Source: an uncultured Acidobacteriota bacterium (GTDB lineage: Bacteria > Actinomycetota > Acidimicrobiia > Spongiisociales > ZC4RG35). From it: DNA of 64,000 bases. Under the pieces are notes generated by a model. That model saw only the letters and a program-made list of their open reading frames with translations, searched no databases and had not been told where the DNA came from. Positions within the stretch are counted from its first letter, which is position 1, and each line of letters begins with the position of its first letter. This document shows, one piece after another, positions 57,608-64,000 of this stretch. The DNA lies in assembly GCA_963828465.1 (NCBI GenBank), contig CAWHEU010000024.1, forward strand, positions 64,001 to 128,000, written 5' to 3'. The position numbers were made by a program, and so were the translations under genes.

Positions 57608-58440
57608 GACGGATTCTCCCAGGGCTGCTCGGGCTGGTGATGCTGTGCGCCGCCTGCGGCTCCGATGAGGTGGAGCCTTTCGCTCTTGTTGCCTCGAGCA
57701 ATGGGAGCATCGGGCTTGGCGAGCAACGAATGCTGTTCGGGCTGGTCGACCCGGAGACCGACGAATTCCTGGCTTCCCCTGACCGGGAGGCAACGGTGAC
57801 CATCCGTGACGAGAACGGCTCGCCACTCGACACCTACCCGATGGAATTCATCTGGACCATCCCCGACGTGCGTGGCCTGTACGTCGCCGATGTGAACATC
57901 CCGGAAGCGGCCACCTACCAGGCCACCATCGATGCTGAGGGCCTGGCCACTGCCGGGCCGGCCGGATTCGTCGCCTACGACGACCCTCCGGTCATCGAGC
58001 CCGGTGACGAAGCCCCCGCCTCGGAGACCAGGACCTCAGCCGAGTTCCCTGATCTGTCCGTGATCAGCTCCGACCCCGAGCCCGACCCGGCGATGTATCA
58101 ATCCAGCGTTGCTTCGGCCGTCACGTCTGGCGCCCCGTCCGTGATCGTCTTCGCCACACCTGCCTTTTGCGCATCCCAGGCCTGTGGGCCCCTCCTCGAC
58201 CAGGTCAAGTCCCTGCGACCCGACTACCCGGGGGTGGAATTCGTCCATGTCGAGATCTACGAGGATCTCCAGGTGGCCACGCCCGAAGACCTGACGGTTG
58301 TTCCGGCCACGGGTGAGTGGGGACTGCCGTCCGAGCCTTGGGTATTCGTGGTGGACGACTCCGGTGTGGTCTCTTCGGCGTTCGAGGGCGCGGCTTCCGA
58401 TGACGAGCTGACGACTGCGATCGACGCCGTCAGCCCATAG
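57604..58440 (+). CDS. Thioredoxin-fold lipoprotein with CxxxxC
   Basis: AAC lipobox, FATPAFCASQACGP, HVEIY and WGLPSEPWVFVVD..G....FEG. Confidence 0.7.
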   Translation: MRRILPGLLGLVMLCAACGSDEVEPFALVASSNGSIGLGEQRMLFGLVDPETDEFLASPDREATVTIRDENGSPLDTYPMEFIWTIPDVRGLYVADVNIPEAATYQATIDAEGLATAGPAGFVAYDDPPVIEPGDEAPASETRTSAEFPDLSVISSDPEPDPAMYQSSVASAVTSGAPSVIVFATPAFCASQACGPLLDQVKSLRPDYPGVEFVHVEIYEDLQVATPEDLTVVPATGEWGLPSEPWVFVVDDSGVVSSAFEGAASDDELTTAIDAVSP

Positions 58441-58479
58441 TTGGTCGGGGGTTTGGCGAGTCCGTATGATGCCAGGCCG

Positions 58480-59538
58480 ATGGTCCGGTCCCGTCACCGC
58501 CTGATTCGCCTCGGCGTCCTTATCGGCGCCATCCTCGTACTCGGGGCCTGCTCCTTCATCGGGAGCGAGGATCAGCCGTTGACCACGTTCGAGCCGGCCG
58601 GTCCCTTCGCCGAGCAGATCGACAACCTTTTCTGGCCGGTCTTCTGGATCGCCGTCGCTGTGTTCATCCTGGTGCAGGGAGCGATCCTCGTCGCCGTCTT
58701 CATGTTCCGCGATCGCGACGGGTCCAAAGAGGCCAAGCAGCTCCACGGCAGCCCGAAGCTGGAGATCGCCTGGACCATCATCCCCGCCCTCATTCTGGCC
58801 GGCATCGCAGTGCCAACCACGGCCGCGGTTTTCGAGCTGACCGAGTGTGATCCGGACGCGATCGAGATCCAGGTGACCGGGCATCAATGGTGGTTCGAGT
58901 ACCACTACCCCGAGGCCGAGGTCGACACCGCCAACATCATGGTGATCCCCGCCGGGCAAGAGGTCTGTGCCGTGATGACCTCCGACGACGTTCTGCACAA
59001 CTTCTGGATCCCGGCCCTCAACGGCAAGCGCTACCTGGTGCCCGGCCAGACCACGCTGTTGCGGCTGCAGGCTGACGAACCGGGTGAGTACTGGGGGCAT
59101 TGCGCCGAGTTCTGCGGTCTCTCCCACTCTCTGATGCGGGCCCGTGTCCAGGCCGTCGAGCCGGCCGAATATGAGGCCTGGTTGGCCGAGCAACAGACTG
59201 CCGCCGCCACTCCTGCCGAGGGGACGGACGGGTATGAGGGGTTCGAAGTGTTCGCGGCCAAGGGCTGTATCCAATGCCACACCGTCCGTTTCGAGGACGA
59301 CTCGGCATCGAACATCATCGAACGCGCCTCCTTCAATGGGCCAGACCTGACCCACTTCGCCTCTCGGTCCGTGTTTGCCGGGGCCGTACTCCCTGAAGAG
59401 GGTCAGAGCCGGGACGAGGCACTCAAGGACTGGTTGGCCGACCCCCCCTACATCAAGCCCGGGAGCTTCATGCCCGACCTCGCCTTGACCGAGGCCGAGA
59501 TCGATGCTCTCATCGTATGGCTGGACAGCATGGAATGA
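58480..59538 (+). CDS. ctaC: Cytochrome c oxidase subunit II with a fused cytochrome c (caa3 type)
   Basis: LGAC lipobox, LEI.WT.IP, GHQWW.EY.Y, DVLHNFW.P, the CuA motif CAEFCGLSHSLM, and CIQCH...KPGSFMP. Confidence 0.93.
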   Translation: MVRSRHRLIRLGVLIGAILVLGACSFIGSEDQPLTTFEPAGPFAEQIDNLFWPVFWIAVAVFILVQGAILVAVFMFRDRDGSKEAKQLHGSPKLEIAWTIIPALILAGIAVPTTAAVFELTECDPDAIEIQVTGHQWWFEYHYPEAEVDTANIMVIPAGQEVCAVMTSDDVLHNFWIPALNGKRYLVPGQTTLLRLQADEPGEYWGHCAEFCGLSHSLMRARVQAVEPAEYEAWLAEQQTAAATPAEGTDGYEGFEVFAAKGCIQCHTVRFEDDSASNIIERASFNGPDLTHFASRSVFAGAVLPEEGQSRDEALKDWLADPPYIKPGSFMPDLALTEAEIDALIVWLDSME

Positions 59539-61616
59539 CCGCCACCGCCGAACGCCCCACCACCACGATCTTCCGGCGCCCGAGTTCCACGAAGGGGCTC
59601 TGGTCGTGGATCACCACCGTGGACCACAAGCGCATCGGGATCATGTACGGGTACGCCGCCTTCACCTTCTTCATCATCGGCGGCATGGAGGCCCTGCTTC
59701 TTCGTATCCAGCTATCCCAGGCCAACGGCGAGTTCCTCACGGCCGGCGCCTACAACGCACTGTTCACGATGCACGGGACGACGATGATCTTCCTCTTCGT
59801 CATGCCCGCGTCGTCGGCGCTGATGAACTACATGCTCCCGCTGCTGATCGGGGCGAGAGACGTCGCCTTCCCCCGGCTCAACGCCCTGTCGTGGTGGATC
59901 TTCTTCTTTGGGGGGATCTTTCTCTACTCGACATTCATCTTCGGCACTTCGGCGCCGCCGGTAGGGGTCGACGGGCTCGGAGGCATCGACGGCAACCTGG
60001 CCCCGGGAGGTGGGCCCGGCAGTTTCAACTTCCTTGCCGATTCCCCGGATGGCGGCTGGTTCGGCTATCAGCCCAACGCCGGGCCGCTCTACTCGCCTGG
60101 GACGGCGATGGACTACTGGGCCCTGGGGCTGCAGATCATCGGTCTCGCTTCCCTGGTGTCCTCGGTCAACTTCCTGGTGACCGTGCTCAACCTGCGGGCC
60201 AAGGGGATGCGACTCCTCCGCATGCCGGTGTTCGCCTGGATGACCACCATCACCTCGTTCCTGCTCCTGTTCTCGCTCCCGATCATCGCCGTGGCCTTGT
60301 TCATGGTGACCTTCGACCGTCAATTCGGGTCGTTGTTCTTCGCTGCACAGGCGGGTGGCGATGTGATTCTTTGGCAGCACCTTTTCTGGCTCTTCGGTCA
60401 TCCCGAGGTCTACATCCTGATCCTCCCCGCAATGGGGATCGTCTCCGAGATCCTGCCCACCTTCTCCCGGAAGCCGCTGTTCGGATATTCGGCCGTCGTG
60501 TTCGCCGGCGCCGCCATCGCCTTCCTCGGCTTCGGCGTGTGGGCCCACCACATGTTCGCCTCCGGGATCACACCGGTCGCTCAGGCCGCATTCGGCCTGG
60601 CCACGATGACCATCGCCATCCCCACGGGGATCAAGATCTTCAACTGGCTGGGCACGATGTGGATGGGAAGGATCCGGCTTTCGACGCCGATGCTTTTCGC
60701 CATCGGCTTCGTCGCCATGTTCACCATCGGCGGTCTTTCCGGGGTCACCCACGCCGTGGTCCCCTCGGACTGGCAGCAGACCGACACCTACTACATCGTT
60801 GCCCACTTCCACTATGTGATCTTTGGCGGCGCCGTGTTCGGGCTGTTCGGTGGGCTCTACTACTGGTTCCCCAAGCTCACCGGCCGCCTGATGAACGAGC
60901 GCTTGGGGAAGGTCCACTTCTGGCTGATGCTCCTCGGCTTCAACCTCACCTTCGGCCCGATGCACTGGCTCGGCCTCCAGGGGATGGTTCGACGTACCTG
61001 GAAGTACGCACCGGAGACGAATCTCGAGCCGTGGAATGTCGCCGTCACGATCGGCGCTTTCATCATCGCCTTCTCGATATTCATCTTCATGATCAACTGG
61101 TTCACCAGCCGCCGCAGGGGCGAGGCTTCGGGCCTGGACCCATGGGACGCTCGCACGATCGAATGGATGTCGCCCAATCCATCCCCGGAGTACAACTTCG
61201 CCGTGCCGCCGGTGGTGACCAGCCTGGACCATTTCTGGCATCTCAAGTACGACGAGGACGCCGAGGGCCGTGCTGTCCGCAAGGAGGACGGTGACGAGAT
61301 CGTGGCCACCATCGACCACGAGCAGCTAAACCCGTCGTCTCCGATCCACCTCCCCAACCCGTCGTATTTCCCCTTCTTCTTCGCCCTGGGGCTCCCACTC
61401 ATGTTCTACGGCGTCATCTATCACAAGCAGCTGTGGGGCAAGGGCCTGATCGTGGTCGGGCTGATCATCGCTCTCGCCGCCGTAATCGGCTGGGCCATCG
61501 AGCCCCTGGAAGAGCCTCACGATGATCACGACGAGGAAGAGGAGAAGATTCCTCCCTCCCCGCCTTCGGCGGCACTCCCCGCTTCGGGGGGAGTTATGGA
61601 GTCATCCGATGACTGA
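59535..61616 (+). CDS. ctaD: Cytochrome c oxidase subunit I (type A1)
   Basis: TVDHKRIG, HGTTMIF, DVAFPRLN, WLFGHPEVY, VWAHHMF, AHFHYV and GMVRR motifs. Confidence 0.96.
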   Translation: MTATAERPTTTIFRRPSSTKGLWSWITTVDHKRIGIMYGYAAFTFFIIGGMEALLLRIQLSQANGEFLTAGAYNALFTMHGTTMIFLFVMPASSALMNYMLPLLIGARDVAFPRLNALSWWIFFFGGIFLYSTFIFGTSAPPVGVDGLGGIDGNLAPGGGPGSFNFLADSPDGGWFGYQPNAGPLYSPGTAMDYWALGLQIIGLASLVSSVNFLVTVLNLRAKGMRLLRMPVFAWMTTITSFLLLFSLPIIAVALFMVTFDRQFGSLFFAAQAGGDVILWQHLFWLFGHPEVYILILPAMGIVSEILPTFSRKPLFGYSAVVFAGAAIAFLGFGVWAHHMFASGITPVAQAAFGLATMTIAIPTGIKIFNWLGTMWMGRIRLSTPMLFAIGFVAMFTIGGLSGVTHAVVPSDWQQTDTYYIVAHFHYVIFGGAVFGLFGGLYYWFPKLTGRLMNERLGKVHFWLMLLGFNLTFGPMHWLGLQGMVRRTWKYAPETNLEPWNVAVTIGAFIIAFSIFIFMINWFTSRRRGEASGLDPWDARTIEWMSPNPSPEYNFAVPPVVTSLDHFWHLKYDEDAEGRAVRKEDGDEIVATIDHEQLNPSSPIHLPNPSYFPFFFALGLPLMFYGVIYHKQLWGKGLIVVGLIIALAAVIGWAIEPLEEPHDDHDEEEEKIPPSPPSAALPASGGVMESSDD
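61554..61593 (+). repeat. REP unit embedded in the ctaD coding sequence
   Basis: Matches 13912-13951 at 37 of 40 positions (hand alignment). Confidence 0.8.
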
Positions 61617-62238
61617 GCTCATCCACGAGGCCGACCTGGAGCACGCCCACCCGGAGCACGAGGGGACGGGTGTCGAGGACCGCAAGCTGGGGATGTGGCT
61701 CTTCCTCAGCTCCGAGTTCCTCTTCTTCGGAGCCCTGATCTCGAACTACCTGCTCTACTCGCAGCGGCCCGGCTTCGAAGGCGTCTACCCGTCCGAGATC
61801 TACGACATCCCCTTCACCTCTGTGAGCTCGTTCGTCCTGTTGATGAGCTCGTTGACCATGGTCCTCGCCCACAACGCCCAGACTCGCGAGGACGCCAACG
61901 GGGCCAGGACCTGGCTCTTCGCCACGGCCGCCCTGGGCTCGGTGTTCCTCGCAGGCCAGGTGTTCGAGTTCACCGAGTTCATCGTCGAATTCGACATGAA
62001 GCTCTCCACTAACCCGGCCGCATCCGCCTTCTACCTCCTCACCGGATTCCACGGGACCCACGTCGCCATCGGGGTGATCATGCTCCTGTCTCTGTGGGGG
62101 ATCTCACGGCGCCGGGGTGGGCTCAGTGACCGGCAGGGTCTCAATCTCGAGCTGGTCGGTCTCTACTGGCACTTCGTCGACATCATCTGGATCGTGATCT
62201 TCACTGTCGTCTACCTGCTCTCGGAGCCACCGCTGTGA
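61609..62238 (+). CDS. ctaE: Cytochrome c oxidase subunit III
   Basis: LGMWLFLSSE..FF, LL.SS.T, FL.GQ..EF, TGFHG.HV and LYWHFVD..W motifs. Confidence 0.93.
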   Translation: MTELIHEADLEHAHPEHEGTGVEDRKLGMWLFLSSEFLFFGALISNYLLYSQRPGFEGVYPSEIYDIPFTSVSSFVLLMSSLTMVLAHNAQTREDANGARTWLFATAALGSVFLAGQVFEFTEFIVEFDMKLSTNPAASAFYLLTGFHGTHVAIGVIMLLSLWGISRRRGGLSDRQGLNLELVGLYWHFVDIIWIVIFTVVYLLSEPPL

Positions 62239-62546
62239 GCAGCTCAGAGCACATCCATCACCCGACTCCGGCTCAATACTGGAAGATCGCAGTGGTGCTC
62301 GCCGTGCTCACCGCCGTCGAGGTCGCCATCTACTACATCCACAGGGACTTCGACCTCGGCAATTTCAACACCGTGCTTCTGATCGGCCTGGCGGCGCTCA
62401 AGTTCGTGATCGTCATCGGGTGGTACATGCATCTCCGCTTCGAGAACCGCATGCTGAGCCGGTTCTTCACGGCCGGGTTCATCCTGGCATGTGCCCTGTA
62501 CACCATCATCCTGACTGCCCTCGGGGCGATAGCCCTGACGAGATGA
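62235..62546 (+). CDS. Cytochrome c oxidase subunit IV family protein
   Basis: L.VLTAVEV and KF..V..WYMHLRFE motifs. Confidence 0.85.
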   Translation: MSSSEHIHHPTPAQYWKIAVVLAVLTAVEVAIYYIHRDFDLGNFNTVLLIGLAALKFVIVIGWYMHLRFENRMLSRFFTAGFILACALYTIILTALGAIALTR

Positions 62547-63349
62547 TCCCCCCGTTTCATCCCCATTACGACGTGTGGGCGCTGGCCTTCGCCCTCGCCT
62601 TCGGCTACTGGTACGCAGACCGCAGGCTGCGCCCGGTGCTCGCTCCCGAGGCGCCGCCGGCGACCACCGGGCAGAAATGGCAGTGGTATCTGGCGGTCGT
62701 GGCGCTGTGGCTGGTCTCAGGCTGGCCAGTCCACGACATCGGCGAGACATCGTTGTTCACGGTGCACATGGTGGAGCACATGGTCATCGCACTGGTGATA
62801 CCGCCATTGATGCTCCGGGGTATTCCGAGATGGCTGGCCGATGTGACCATCGGTCACCCCAAGGTCGCACGGTTCATCAGGCCTCTGGCCAAACCCGTGC
62901 CCGCCTTCGTCCTATTCAATACCACGTTCATCGCGATCCACTGGCCCGACCTGGTGGCCCTCATGGTGCAGGGTGGCCCGCCGCACCTCCTGGTCCACGC
63001 CTGGCTGTTCGGCGTTTCCATCCTCATGTGGATGCCCGTTCTCTCTCCGACGACGGCCATCCCCAGGCTCCCGCCGCCTGGCCAGATGGGCTACCTCTTC
63101 GCCCAGTCGCTGCTTCCCACCATCCCGGCATCGTTCCTGACCTTCTCGACGGTTCCGCTCTATCCGGTCTATGGCGATGCCGCCCTGGCGTTCGGGCTCA
63201 CTGCGGTGACCGACCAGACCATCGCAGGGGTCATCATGAAACTGGGTGGCGGGCTACTTCTCTGGTCGACGATCGCAGTGATCTGGTTCCGCTGGACGAA
63301 GCAGGAGCGCGAGTGGGAGCGTCTCGAGTCCACGCTTCGGGCCTCCTGA
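62543..63349 (+). CDS. ctaG: caa3-type cytochrome c oxidase assembly factor CtaG
   Basis: WP.HD.GE..LF..HM.EH, IHWP, WMPVLSP and DQ.IAG.IMK motifs. Confidence 0.85.
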   Translation: MIPPFHPHYDVWALAFALAFGYWYADRRLRPVLAPEAPPATTGQKWQWYLAVVALWLVSGWPVHDIGETSLFTVHMVEHMVIALVIPPLMLRGIPRWLADVTIGHPKVARFIRPLAKPVPAFVLFNTTFIAIHWPDLVALMVQGGPPHLLVHAWLFGVSILMWMPVLSPTTAIPRLPPPGQMGYLFAQSLLPTIPASFLTFSTVPLYPVYGDAALAFGLTAVTDQTIAGVIMKLGGGLLLWSTIAVIWFRWTKQEREWERLESTLRAS

Positions 63350-63633
63350 AGTCGATCACCGTCGTCGTGATGACCCTCGGATTGGTCGCTTGCAATCAGA
63401 CGGAAGGCACAGCGCGTGGCGTGGTCACGTCGGTGGACGGCAGTCTGGAGGACGTCACTTCGTTCGTGGTACTGGTCGAGGGGTCTGAGCTCGAGTTCCT
63501 TCCAACCGCTGACGGCGATTACGACTTCCCCCTCTCCCACCTCCGGGAGCACCAACGGACGGGCGAGCCGGTTCTCGTTGAATGGGAGATCGTAGGTAGC
63601 GTGCGGTACGCACTGAGCCTGGCTGACGGGTAG
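63313..63633 (+). CDS. Small lipoprotein with an HLREH motif
   Basis: AGGAG RBS before GTG 63313 (start uncertain), LVAC lipobox, G.V.SV.G beta-rich body and FPLSHLREH. Confidence 0.6.
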   Translation: MGASRVHASGLLKSITVVVMTLGLVACNQTEGTARGVVTSVDGSLEDVTSFVVLVEGSELEFLPTADGDYDFPLSHLREHQRTGEPVLVEWEIVGSVRYALSLADG

Positions 63634-63661
63634 AGGGCGCCCAACCGAGTACGAGGAGCAT

Positions 63662-64000
63662 ATGCCGATCGACCTACCGCCAGGTCATTTCTTCCTACCC
63701 GGTCCTACCGAGGTCCATCCCGACGTGCTCGCCGCCCAGGCTCGACCGATGATCGGTCACCGGGGCCGGGCCATCGAAGCGTTGCTCGCCCGCCTCCAGG
63801 ACGGGCTGAAGCAGGTCTTTCTCACCGAGCAGCCGGTGATCGTGTCCACCTCGTCGGCTACGGGCCTCATGGAGGCTTCGGTGCGAAATGGAGTGGCCGG
63901 CGGCAGGGTGTTGAGCCTGGTGAACGGCGCTTTCTCCTCGAGGTTCGCCGAGATCGCCATGGCTTGTGGCCACGACACCGAGGTCTGGTCGGTGGATTGG
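63662..64000 (+). CDS. Aminotransferase class V (alanine-glyoxylate / serine-pyruvate type), truncated by the window end
   Basis: GAGGAG RBS, then MPIDLPPGHFFLPGPTEV...MIGHRG...SSATGLMEA...NGAFSSRF. Confidence 0.88.
   Translation, partial: MPIDLPPGHFFLPGPTEVHPDVLAAQARPMIGHRGRAIEALLARLQDGLKQVFLTEQPVIVSTSSATGLMEASVRNGVAGGRVLSLVNGAFSSRFAEIAMACGHDTEVWSVDW

Noticed and set aside
59504-61319. Long alternative-frame and antisense ORFs over ctaD (596 aa and 535 aa), and similar ones throughout the window
   Set aside because: Shadow ORFs expected from high-GC codon bias; Arg/Pro/Gly-rich with no recognisable motifs.

Overview
A gene-dense, high-GC bacterial chromosome segment of mostly housekeeping and accessory metabolic genes. 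The gene content suggests an actinobacterium, probably class Acidimicrobiia (inference): clpS-DUF2017, an XRE-hbhA-like pair, a glnE/nadE pair, Cys-loop SLH proteins and widespread leaderless TANNNT promoters. It carries tRNA-Lys(UUU), SLH surface proteins, acyl-CoA catabolism genes, udk-proC, an EtfD/FadF-like oxidoreductase, XdhC/MocA, mgtE, greA, a selD-ferredoxin-hydrolase-aceK operon and a caa3-type cytochrome c oxidase cluster. No integrase, transposase, CRISPR array, rRNA or phage genes were recognised. The best candidate for a novel system is a single ORF fusing an archaeal-type endonuclease IV to a LigD/Prim-Pol polymerase domain (7147-8967), a possible one-protein AP-site cut-and-fill repair enzyme. 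Other candidates: a HisA-like/VOC fusion with the catalytic Asp replaced, a putative copper-delivery module coupled to the oxidase genes, AceK in an apparent actinobacterium, an aeRF1-like protein lacking the catalytic Gln, a REP copy translated inside ctaD, and a twin palindromic operator upstream of an HTH/Clp-N gene. About six single-base indels break otherwise intact genes and look like assembly errors, so fusion and split calls need read-level confirmation. All calls come from motif recognition by eye; no database search was run.
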